DNA from: Lytechinus pictus | Lineage: Eukaryota | Direction: 5' to 3' | Length of the DNA stretch: 64,000 nucleotides | Assembly: GCF_037042905.1 (NCBI RefSeq) | Contig: NC_087252.1 | Coordinates: forward strand, 18,292,001-18,356,000 | Shown: in pieces, positions 35,101 to 45,922 of the stretch | Layout: the number at the start of each line of letters is the position of its first letter | Position numbering within the stretch: the first letter of the stretch is position 1 | Program-made: the position numbers and the translations under genes | Notes under the pieces: generated by a model | Told to the model about the DNA's origin: nothing | The model's input: only the letters and a program-made list of their open reading frames with translations | Database searches by the model: none

Positions 35101-38100
35101 TTCAACCATTTTCCTTTTGTCGATATTAGATTTTTATACCATAAATCGAACTAAACTTTTAAAACAATCTTCCGTTCTTACTTTTCATCCTCTTCCAGAA
35201 CATTGTTGAAGAGGTTCATTCCTCCAGTCAGCTGATGTTAAACCAGCTAATCCAGCAGATGCGTTCAGCCATCCAGCTTCCCGCATGCTTGCGTCTGATT
35301 GGCTACCTCCGTCGTATGGATCTCTTTACGGAGGCGGAGCTTAGGATCAAATTTCTCCAGGCCAGGGATGCGTGGTTCCAGGGCATACTATCAGCATTAC
35401 CAACGGATGATGGTAGGTTTTAAACAAAGAAAGAAGGGAGTTGTCAGAGAATCATAATAATAATAATTGGCATTTATATAGCGCTTTATCAATCTACGAC
35501 TGCTCAAAGCGCTTCACAATTATTATTACCCGGTCACTGGATTCATAGCATTTCAAGCAGCCTGTTAGGCGCACACTTGCTAAACCAACCAACCACGACG
35601 ATGGTTGTTTCCTTCCGGTACCCAATTAGCACCTGGGTGAGAGTGGCAAAGTGTGGATTGACGCCTTGCCAAAGGACGCTAGGCCATGGTGGGATTCAAA
35701 CTAACGACCCTCTGATTACAAGGCGAGAGTCAGAACCGCTACACCACGACGCTCCACATCATAGTTCCAATTCATAGTTTGATAGTTTGGTAGATGTCAC
35801 ACATGAAATTCGTGTTGATATAGTTCCAAAGAATGGATCACCAGTCATTTCTAAAGTCGTTCGCAACTTATGAACAGCTTTATGAAACACCCACCTGGCA
35901 TCATTTTGGTGCTGAGTATATGTCACCTGGATAGAGTGTTATACTGTCCTAAATGACCATGATTAAATGCATTCAAGCCTATTCAGCGTGTACTTAAAAA
36001 GCAAGGCATTATTTCCTTCTGTTTGTGGGAGTGATTTCATTTCAATTGTCAGAAAGCAAATTGCATACATCTGTTGTTTTGGGTGAATGAAATCTTTTGT
36101 GCCTATGTATTTCACACAGGCGTGCATTCAATTAGAATATGTCATGAAACTGAGGCAAGATGTGAACCCTGGATCAGGGGCGGATCCAGGATTTTCCAAA
36201 AAGGGGGGGGGGGATATTTTCCCGAGGAAAATTTGACAAGCACAAAAAAAAGGTTTTCACCTAAAATTGAGGGTCATTTTAATCCATGTAAAATTTGAAA
36301 AGCAAAAATATAAAAGGTCCTCACCTGTGTATAAACAACATATTCCCATTGAAAATGTATTTGCTGTGACTTTCAAAGGGGGGGAGGGCACACTTGTGTA
36401 AGAATGGCATTACTTAAAAAATTTAATTATGGCTCTCAAAGGGGGGGGGGGCACAGGCTGGATGTGCCCCCCTGGATCCACCACTGCCCTGAACCTTCGG
36501 ATTTGCAACCTATAGTCCCGTATTCTGAAGTCAGGTTTATCCTAGACCACTGTCTAACTCTGCGTAAAAATTATGGAAGCCAAAGTGTCAAAATTTTTAT
36601 TAAGTTGTATGTTTCTTATGTTTACTGTGCTCTTTCCTGATTTATCGATGGTGAAGACGATCATTTATTTATACTTCCTACACAATTATGAATGATTTGA
36701 GAGCCAAATGAGCTGAAATATTATATCTCTACTGTTAGTGATTTATGTAACAATTGGCTGTCCATACTTGAACCACAACTTTTAACCTAAGTTTAAGTTA
36801 AACCCGACTTCAGAATATGGGCCATAGACTCACTCACCACTAGACTCAAACTTTCTTTCTCCTCAGCTTACCAGCACATCACAAAAGTGATTGAAGCAAG
36901 TAGAGTACACCTCTTTGACATCGTAACCCAGTATCGTGCCATCTTTTCCGATGACGACCCCATCTTATCGGCCAGTCACGATTCTATTACCAATGAAGCA
37001 GCTCTCTTCCAAGGATGGGTTGTTGAAAAGGTGAGATATTTTTGGGTGACACGACACATGCTCCTGCGACATTAGCTCCTGTCTTCATATCTCAAGAGGG
37101 CAAAGGGTTGGAGCCGGGATTGTAATAGTTTTTGGTTTTGAGTAGTGTAAAGATTAGGATTAGGGTTTATCATAAAGTGATTTACAATCTTTCAAAATTG
37201 GAATGGCTATTGAATATTATTTCAACTGTCAAATTTGAAATTTGATTTTTGTTTTTGTTATGTAGCTCATCAGCATTGTTTCTATTTTTTTTAAAATAAA
37301 AGCCCTTTGAGCATTGATCTTTAAAATTCTTAGATCTGGATCTGGTACGTTAATGTCAACTTTGTGAAATCATGAAGTCATTGCTGATAATTGACCACTC
37401 TGAAAATCACTAACACAGAAAGGCATATGTGGGACAGTGTAGTAATATTGCTTGGCATAAGACCCGACATCATATGGAATGCCATGCTTATTTTGCACAT
37501 TTTACAGCAATTACACATTTTCTTCCAATGCCATTTGCCACATATTTTTTTTTGTATATTCTTATCTTACAAACATTTGTGTAGTCATTTTATTGGATTC
37601 TGTTTAAACTCATTTTGAGATTGTTACCGCAACTGGCATTTGTACAAATAAACTGATGCATTCCAACTTGTTCCTCTTTGAAGAATAATAATACCCAATA
37701 TTTATAACATGCTTTTCCCAAATGGCCCAAAGCGCTCACAATATCAATTTACCTAATGCATACAAAGAAGATACACAATGAGAAACATAAAATGAAGGCA
37801 ATTGCCCAAAACCAAATTTTTTTATGGACTTCTTGAATGATTAAATTGTTCCAATTACAACCAGGTGTCCCAGTTCCTACACACCCTTGAGGTCGACCTT
37901 GAACACGGCATCGGTAACCGATTAGACTCCCTACTTGGCCAGTGTATGTACTTTGGGTTATCGTTCAGTCGGGTAGGTGCAGACTTCAGAGGCCTCCTAG
38001 CTCCTATCTTCCAGAGAGCGACGCTGCACGGCTTTCTAGCAACTTTGAAAACAGCATCAGAGAGGTATGTTGCAATTTGATTTCATAGTGCAACACAAAC

Positions 38101-41100
38101 ATCTAATTTTCATGCCATGAAAGAATCTGTATTCAGACAAAATTATTTTCAAGAGGTTATTTGCAACTGATACATTTAATTAAAGGGCAATATTACAATA
38201 AAAAATACAATAATCAAATACATTGATTTATATTCAAGGAGCTAATTTTAAGGACTTCTTGGATATTTTTTTTATCCAAACAAAGCCTGTTTTATCAGAT
38301 AGTTAACATATAAACAGCCTGATCAGACAATGTGTGAGACAGAAAGTGATAATGAAATACTCTCCTGGATAGCTGAATGGAAAATATTTTGGGGTCAATT
38401 GAAATTAAACAGAATAGATTATGATGGCAGTAGCAAATATCTTAGATATTTAGTTGGGTTCTTTTCCAGTTTTGTTCTGCTGTATTGGAAGTTCATGGAA
38501 ATAACTCAGGAATATACAAAAAATGAAATATTTCATTCAGGCTATATTAAAATCTCTAACGTTCTTGAATAAAACAATTTTGTTTCCATGTTTTTTTCTT
38601 CTTTTTTTTTGGTCAGGTTTGAACAAGATATGCAGTCATACACACCTGTTGCTTCACAAGCTTTCCTTGCTATGTCATCAGTGTCTATCCCAGGACACCA
38701 GGTTTGTCACTAGTACTTATCATTGACCCTGCTCTCAGGGCCCTGTCTAACAAAGAGTTACGATTGATCTGATCAACCTCAACTGCATGGAAATCCAGCA
38801 ATGTCATAGTCTTTTCTACAGGAAATTTGCATCATGTCATTTTTAAAGAAAGAGAAGCACACTGAATTTTCAAGGAAACAAACAATGAATATATCAATAT
38901 ACATCATATCTACAAAATATTTTGAATAAACATGCATTTTAGATGTTGATGTTGTGAAAGGTTTTATGACACTTTTGTCAAGCAATTTCTTTTTTATTCA
39001 TCATTTTGCACTAAATCTGAACTACAACTATCAGCTCAATCATCAAATTTCTTTGTTTCTTGACAGAGTGATGGAGCCAACATTCCACCACCATCTCTCA
39101 TGGAGCATCCGCCTCTAGCAGCTTACACCAATTGCATACTAACGGGACTGAATGATCTTAGGCTGTGTGCTCCCGTAGCTGTCGCTCATCATGTTTCGCA
39201 GTCACTGCAGCAATCGCTGAACACTATTGTCAATGCTATCGTTGCCTTTCATAGGTAAGATTTATGGTGTGTTTGAAAGACATAGCTAATCTTGGATTGT
39301 AGGATACTAAGTGATCTTGGGTTGTACGCTTCTATAGTTGTAGCTCACCACGTTTACAACCACGACAACAATCGCTGAACATCATTGTTAACACTGTCGT
39401 GGCCTTTCATAGGCAAGTTCAGTGGTGTCTTTGAAAAACATAGCTAACTTAAAATTGTAGGATACTTACAGGACTAAACGAATTTAGGTTGTGCGCTTCT
39501 GTAGCTATTGCTCTCCATGTTTCATAGTCACTGCAGCAATCGCTCAGCCCCATTTTCAAAGCTATCATTGCCTCTCATATGTAGGAGTTATTGTACTTTT
39601 AAATTACTTCAAGAAAGAATGCATTTCTTGCACTGCGTACTGATCATTATGATCTGATAATCTTGATTGCGCATTTGAACTATTATACTCATGTATGTGG
39701 TTATTGGGGTTCATTTTTTGTTGGGTGTTTTAGGGAGGAAGAAAGGGGGGATGGGTGGGTGCTGCAAATATTCTGGATGTGTAGAGATCATGATAAAAAA
39801 GCAATCAAAATTTATGTGGGCATTTGTAATTTCAAACTGCCGTCAGGAATATGTGAATGAGTTTATCCAACCGCTGGCAGATCTCCTTCCTGATACGTTT
39901 TGCTATGTAAGCTCGTTGATGAAATAGAGAGACTGTCACAGTGATGTATCATATTTTTTCTTTCATTATTTTTTTTAGAGCGGAGGAGAGTACATTTAAC
40001 CAGCGAGAACAGGATCAGTTCATTTCATTCTGTGAGGCCGCTAGCAGTCAGATGGTTCCGTTTCTTAATAGATGTCTGATCTCATTGTTTCCACTGTCAG
40101 TCATTGCTCAGACCATTGGCCTATCTACAATTGAATTACAGAAGATGGTGAGATAATACATTACCATTACTGCTTATACCACATCATGATCATGATAGTA
40201 ATAGTCATAATCATCATCATCATTATCATTTTCATCATTGCTCACCATGACCATATCAACAACCACTACCAGCACCAGCATCATCATTGCCATCATCTTC
40301 ATCATCATCATCATGATCTTATCCTCATCATCATCATCATCATCACCACCACCATCATCATCATCATCAACACCACCACCACCACCACCACTACCACCAT
40401 TATCATCATCATCAACAACACCACCATCATCATCATCATCACCACCACCACCTTCATCATTATCATCATCATCATTATCATCATCATCATCCCCACCGTC
40501 ATCACCACCACCACCACCACCATCATCCCCATCTTAACTTTGGCAATTACCATCATAGATCATGCTGATTACCCATTCAATGATACTGTGTCTCCCTGTA
40601 TAGGTATCAGAAATAAACAGTAAATAGGTAAATGAATAGATGTAATTGTCATTATCATTGATACAACTTTCATTATCACATTTTCTATATTGTCAGGGAC
40701 ATGTCGGATCTCTTGATATTGCCTCCATCGTCGAGTCCCTACGATTGCTCATACCTCAGAAGGAAGAACCGATCAAAGATGTGGAGGAGATGGAAGATGA
40801 GAAAAAGGGAAAGGAAGAGATGAAGATTGATGTGATTCCTGAAGCAGCTGAAGAACAGACAGAGCAAAGTGGTATGTTCATTTTCGGTTTCATGAGATTT
40901 GCTCCAGCGACAATAGCCCCGCTGTAAATTCCACACACTGATGGAATGACCAACTTCAACCCTGGATTTAACACTATACCCTATCCTAAACTTAACCCTA
41001 AACCTAGCATAAAACCCTATTGCAACCCTAACTCGATATCTTAGATGAAAGAAAAAGCCTGGTGCAATTGTTGCAGGAGCAAGTGTCCTGTTACCACATT

Positions 41101-42545
41101 TTCCCAGTATTTATGACTCCATCCACTGAAGGATTACTTCATTGCCACTTGGTCCCCTCCTGCTTTGTCTACTTTCCGCTGGCCTCATCCCACATCAAGC
41201 CGTTCATAAGTTACGAGCGACTTTATGAACGACTGGTGAACCTTTCTTGCGCACCAAATGATCATCACCAATGAACATTTGGTGTATACCATTTACCACG
41301 AGAAAGGTTCACCAGTCGTTCTTAAAGTTGCTTGAAACAAATAGCTTTATGGACGGCCCCCAGGTCGTCTAATAACCATTCTGGTCTAATTGCCCTTTAG
41401 CCCATTTACCATTTTGCCTGATTTCCAGTTTGGTTATACCCATTTCGTGTGATCCACTTGGCCAAACACCACATAGCCTACATGTACATGGTTAGATGAA
41501 CTGTTCATGAACTAATATTTCATGTGATAAGTGCAGATAAATAAGGAGAAGAAGTAGCCATTAGATCACCTGGGCAATAGACTAAATGACAGTTGGACCA
41601 AGTGATAGTGACAACTATTATGAAACACCCCTTGCAGACATGCAAACCATTCCCTTTTTGGAGTATTTGTTCCTCTTTTTTGCTATGAATACACCAATTC
41701 TTTTTTTGTATGATTTGTTACTTTTTTTTTTAAATTTCGGATCATGGAGTATGTATTATACACCGCTCGTGACACTAGCGCCGGTCTGACAGTTCCAGAC
41801 CGATAAAACTCACTGTCCGGCCAGTAACTTGTTACATAAAAACTAAAAAGAACAAGTAAATTCTTGCCCACGAGCACATGTGTAAAAAGGTGAATTTTTG
41901 ACAAGTTTTCAAGAAGAGTCATTTCCCATGTTTTTTCACTGATCTCACTACAACAGGCTGGCGAATGTTACGTTGAGACAAATTTTTTTAAATACTCTTT
42001 TTTTTTGTCAAAAAATAATTTTTTCCTTTAAGATTACTTTTTTTGTTGTTAGAAGGTTGGCAGGTCTGCCCTTGGGTCATTTCATAAAGCTGTTTGTACA
42101 CTGTTAGTAAAATATGACTTTATGCGAGACTGGTGACCCTTTCTTGTCATAGATGATATCTCCCTTTTTAGCCGATTGTATATTATAAAGAGAAGATTAC
42201 CTAAGACTTCTGACCTCGGCGATCGTTTGACTTATGCAAGTTTGAACTTCAGGCACAATTGATTGTATATTTCATCAGTATAAAACTGGTCATAGGCAAA
42301 ATTGCTTGCATATGTCCCTTGAAATTCACAAGTAAGATGGCTGTCTGCTGTACTTGTGCAGTATTTCACTCAGCCGTTTGTCTTTCAGAGTATGAAATTA
42401 TGTATGACTCATGTCGATTCTGTTCATGTTGGTCGTTGCAGATCATGTCAGCGAAGAAGAGACAACGAAGGAAACAGAAGACCCATCAGAAGAACAAGAT
42501 ACCGATGCCATAAAAGAACCTGAAGAGGACAATCCCAGCTCATGA
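29041..42545 (+). CDS. COG8: Conserved oligomeric Golgi complex subunit 8; join(29041..29113,30906..30977,31573..31697,32354..32457,32937..33108,35199..35412,36867..37030,37865..38064,38617..38701,39067..39254,39979..40147,40697..40871,42442..42545), 614 aa
   Basis: All introns are GT-AG and in phase; 1845 nt. Dor1/COG8 motifs: [127 protein letters not shown]. The acidic last exon is less certain. Confidence 0.95.
30906..30977 (+). CDS. COG8: COG8 exon 2
   Basis: tttag|AA...T|gtaag; [23 protein letters not shown]. Confidence 0.9.
31253..31468. mobile_element. hAT-type mini-element with 8-bp TSD
   Basis: CAGGGGCGGATCCA...TGGATCCGCCACTG; ATGGTAAC on both flanks. Confidence 0.88.
31573..31697 (+). 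CDS. COG8: COG8 exon 3
   Basis: [44 protein letters not shown]|gtaag. Confidence 0.93.
32354..32457 (+). CDS. COG8: COG8 exon 4
   Basis: cttcag|[38 protein letters not shown]|gtaac. Confidence 0.9.
32937..33108 (+). CDS. COG8: COG8 exon 5
   Basis: [60 protein letters not shown]|gtaac. Confidence 0.93.
33040..34744 (+). repeat. 133-bp tandem array (13 units) made of the last 69 nt of COG8 exon 5, its donor and the intron start
   Basis: AAAG|GT donors at 33109, 33242, 33375, 33508, 33641, 33774, 33907, 34040, 34173, 34277, 34410, 34544 and 34680. Confidence 0.97.
35199..35412 (+). CDS. COG8: COG8 exon 6
   Basis: ttccag|[42 protein letters not shown]...PTDD; G|gtagg. Confidence 0.93.
35455..35757 (-). 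mobile_element. tRNA-derived SINE, second subfamily (related copy ~55645-55905)
   Basis: Reverse complement begins GGAGCGTCGTGGTGTAGCGG, has a B-box-like motif and an (ATT)n tail; body shared with the 55645 copy. Confidence 0.8.
36175..36486. mobile_element. hAT-type mini-element, same family as 31253
   Basis: CAGGGGCGGATCCAGG...CCTGGATCCACCACTG; imperfect TSD CCCTGGAT/CCCTGAAC. Confidence 0.8.
36515..36824. mobile_element. MITE with GGCCCGTATTCTGAAGTC TIR (second copy 58906-59218)
   Basis: Inverted termini and a homologous interior in both copies. Confidence 0.8.
36867..37030 (+). CDS. COG8: COG8 exon 7
   Basis: [30 protein letters not shown]...WVVEK; AAG|gtgag. Confidence 0.93.
37865..38064 (+). 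CDS. COG8: COG8 exon 8
   Basis: [12 protein letters not shown]...[25 protein letters not shown]|gtatg. Confidence 0.93.
38617..38701 (+). CDS. COG8: COG8 exon 9
   Basis: long T tract then ggtcag|[32 protein letters not shown]|gtttg. Confidence 0.85.
39067..39254 (+). CDS. COG8: COG8 exon 10
   Basis: [34 protein letters not shown]...IVAFH; AG|gtaag. Confidence 0.92.
39979..40147 (+). CDS. COG8: COG8 exon 11
   Basis: [41 protein letters not shown]|gtgag. Confidence 0.92.
40185..40532. repeat. (CAT/CAC)n compound microsatellite
   Basis: Direct reading. Confidence 0.95.
40697..40871 (+). CDS. COG8: COG8 exon 12
   Basis: tgtcag|[23 protein letters not shown] then an acidic tail; G|gtatg. Confidence 0.82.
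41635..42068. mobile_element. TIR element with apparent 6-bp TSD (second copy 57750-58149)
   Basis: CAGACATGC(C/A)AACC...GGTTGGCAGGTCTG; flanks CCCTTG/CCCTTG here and CCATGA/CCATAA at the second copy. Confidence 0.82.
42442..42545 (+). CDS. COG8: COG8 terminal exon (acidic tail)
   Basis: ttgcag|AT, phase-compatible; [36 protein letters not shown] at 42543-42545. Confidence 0.7.
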
Positions 42546-42760
42546 TAATGAATAATAATTTTGGATTTGTATAGCGCACGTATCCACCTTGCTAGGTGCT
42601 CAAGGCGCTCCTACATTACCCCGGCTAAGCTAGTCTACCGATTCCGTTGTGCATAGCTTTTTGAGGAATTATTTCCTGCTGGTACCCATTCACCTCACCT
42701 GGGTTGAGTGCAGCACAATGTGGGTAAATTTCTTGCTGAAGGAAAACAATCCATGGCTGT
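42546..42760 (-). mobile_element. 5'-truncated antisense SINE abutting the COG8 stop codon
   Basis: Body matches the copies at ~14040-14200 and 25800-25890. Confidence 0.8.
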
Positions 42761-42956
42761 GTATTGTAGACGTGTGTATGGTGGCCCTGAAATACGTTTG
42801 GTAACCGGTAATATTACTGTCAATCTCATTTCCATTTGATGGTTGGAAATTAGACAATCGTTGCCACAATATCAATGTGGTTCAGATCAGTTCGTATCTT
42901 GCTTATTGGTTAACTACACGGGTAAACCTGATTGTAAGATTATCATGATCCAAATA

Positions 42957-43267
42957 TTTAAACTTTTGATCCTAATGCAAGTGGAATTTGGCTAAAAGAT
43001 TTGCCTCCAAATTTTTGACTGTACACTTCAGGGATATGAACCTGTCTGATCTTCACCGGAAGTGACGTTGCGGCGAAGAATTGGGTCATAAACTCTTTGA
43101 AGTTTGTATCGGCCCCCGTCGCACAGGACTTTATGGTGATCTTCCGGTGAAGATCACACGGGTCATATCCCTGCAGAAGACTGAAGGGCTGAAGGGCACA
43201 GTCGAAAATTTGGAGGTAAATCTTTTTGCCAAATTTTATTTGCATTTATTAGGATCAAAAGTTTAAA
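42957..43267. mobile_element. Foldback/MITE with ~110-bp inverted arms
   Basis: TTTAAACTTTTGATCCTAA...GATCTTCACCGGAAG / CTTCCGGTGAAGATC...TTAGGATCAAAAGTTTAAA. Confidence 0.8.
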
Positions 43268-43724
43268 TTTTTTTATTGTTTCACCAATGCAGTTCAACTT
43301 TCATTCAAAGATTATTATGACTTAAGCAATTCAAGAATTTAACTGGTTTTTGCCATAGTAATAGAATACAACTTGAGTTCTCATGACATTACAGTGTCAA
43401 ATACCTTGTTTGAAAGTCCAGACACTCAATTTTATGTAACAAGCAGATAGCAGACTATTCATGTAATGGAAATATGACAGGATCACCCATATGTATGTTC
43501 TGATCGTCCTGTATTATTTTTGTTACTTCTGAATATAGTAATTACATGCAGTTTGTATATATTATTATATGTATATAAAAGATTATTAGTAGTAAATGTC
43601 ATATTCTATTCATATTCTCTAATAGTGGAAAGGGATTTACTCTACATGTATTTATCATGTATAAAACTGGATGACTGTACAAGTAATGGAATATATCAGA
43701 ATAGTTTCTTTTTTACAGACTTAT

Positions 43725-44140
43725 TGGCCCGAATTCACAAAGGTGGTTTTAAAAACCATCAGTTGAACCCATGGTTTATGCAGATTTCCTGTATAAATTA
43801 TGCTTATCGCGTATATTAAAAATGTCCAATGTTGATGCGCGCTTTTGTCAGTGTGCCAAATTGATGCATGTTATTGTGGTCATCCATGCTATTTTATTGA
43901 TGAGTCCACTGTTTGAAGAGTGGACTCATTAATTCAAATGTCAAAACAGTGGACTCATGAATAAAATAGGATGGATAACCACAGCAACAGGCGTCAATTT
44001 GGCGCACTGTGACAAAAGTGTGCATCAGCATTGGACATTTTTTAATTTACACGGTCAATACGCGTAATTTATACAGGAAATCTGCATAACCATGGGTTCA
44101 AACGATGGTTTTGAAAACCACCTTTGTGATTTTGGGCCAT
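43725..44140. mobile_element. Fully palindromic MITE (Harbinger-like)
   Basis: TGGCCCGAATTCACAAAGGTGGTTTT ... AAAACCACCTTTGTGATTTTGGGCCA; arms pair almost to the centre. Confidence 0.82.
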
Positions 44141-45534
44141 TAATATTGGAGATGAGAACCATTTGTGTAATATTATTTAGGCTACAAGTTCCTTCTTGTG
44201 CCAAAAAAAATGCTATGTCAGGTAATCAATCACCAAATCTCCAACCTACTTGTAGAAATACAGTACATGCCTGGTAAAGTTGCCAAAGTCAATCTCAAAG
44301 TCAAATTTTCACCTATAAAGTTAAAATAATTTTAGACCAGGGCCCGTCTTACAAAGTTCAATTGATTCAATCAATCATAACTATGGAAATCCATCTGTGT
44401 CATAATTTTTTATACAGAAAATTTGCAAAATGTCATTTGTAAACAAAGGAGAACATACCAAATTGTCAAGAAATCAATTAATGCATGGATATACATTCAT
44501 ATGTAGGGAAAAATTTTGAGCAAACAAGTATTTTATAAACATGTTGACTTCACCGGCTTTCCATAGTTGCCATTGATCGGATAAATCACAACTCTATGTA
44601 AGACGGACCTCAGATTTTTCAAAATGCATGTATGCATGTGTTATATACCTCCTCTTAGTTTACAAATTTGTGTGGGTCCAAAAGATCCGATTTAGGTAGA
44701 GTAACCTGTACAACGCTTTGGCCTAGATGATTGTATTGCCATGTGTTTAATATGGACACAAATAACACATTGAAAACACTAACCGACTTAGTGCGGAGGT
44801 TCGACTTACTATTTTCTTTATAGCATCTTGAGGCATATAAAAAAATATATTGTCTTTGAAATGGAATCTTTGTAAACTGGATATGTTTTCATCTTTGTTC
44901 AGTATTTATATATGTACAGGTCCTCGCATTGAATAATGTGAGTTATTCTTTTGAAATAAAACAGAATCATATAAATGAGACAAGATATTGAGTTTCCCTT
45001 TTTGTCTTCTTCGATTTAAGAGGGGTGTGAGTGGTCACAAATCAAAAGATCTGAAAAAAGCTGAAGTGTTGAAAAAGTCTGAAATAGAATGAGCCCCCAT
45101 TCTTTTAGTACAGAGGAAAGCCAGAATGAGCTGAAATTAAGCTGAAAATCAAAACAAAATCTGAAATCAGCTAAAAATCTGAACTCTCACATCCCTGATT
45201 AAAAAAAAAAGATTCTTGATCCTAGTGAACGAGATAAAGCAAAAAAAGAAAACCCACCCCCCCAAAAAAAAAAAAATTATAAGACAGGAATATGATTACA
45301 TTTCATAAAAGTAGTCTGCACTGATTCTGAACTTTCTTCTGAACATCTTCATTCCATTTTTCAATTAAAAAAAATCTATATAAAGAGTAAGCAGCAAATC
45401 CATCAATTTTGATTTTCTGTTACATGAAGCTCAAAATTTCAGAGAGAATTTAAAGCAAAATATAATCTTGGTAATAAGTTGATTGTGTGAAAGCAGAAAA
45501 AGAAGATATTTTTGTCTTTCTGCTTTTCTAATAG

Positions 45535-45922
45535 AGTACACAGAAGCGACGTCGCAAAAACATTTTTTGCATATCAGCATTTTTAATACCATATCACGGC
45601 AGGGCATGATGAAAGACACCCACTACCAAAATTTGGTGGGAATCGGTCCATGGGGGCCTGAGATATGACCTCATGAATACATACTTAGCCCCGTTGAAGT
45701 CGGTGTATTATTGGCCTTGTTTTAAATGTTAGGAACCAGGCCAATAATACACTGACTTCAATGGGGCTAATTATGTATTCATGAATTCATAGCTTTGAGC
45801 CCATGGACCGATTCCCACCAAATTTGGGTTGTGGGTGTATTTCATCATGCTCTCCCAAAATATGGTATCAAAAACGCCGAAATGCAAAAAAGTAAAAATT
45901 GATGACGTCACACTTCTGTTCA
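45535..45922. mobile_element. Palindromic MITE
   Basis: AAATTTGGTGGGAATCGGTCCATGG versus CCATGGACCGATTCCCACCAAATTT, with arms extending in both directions. Confidence 0.75.
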
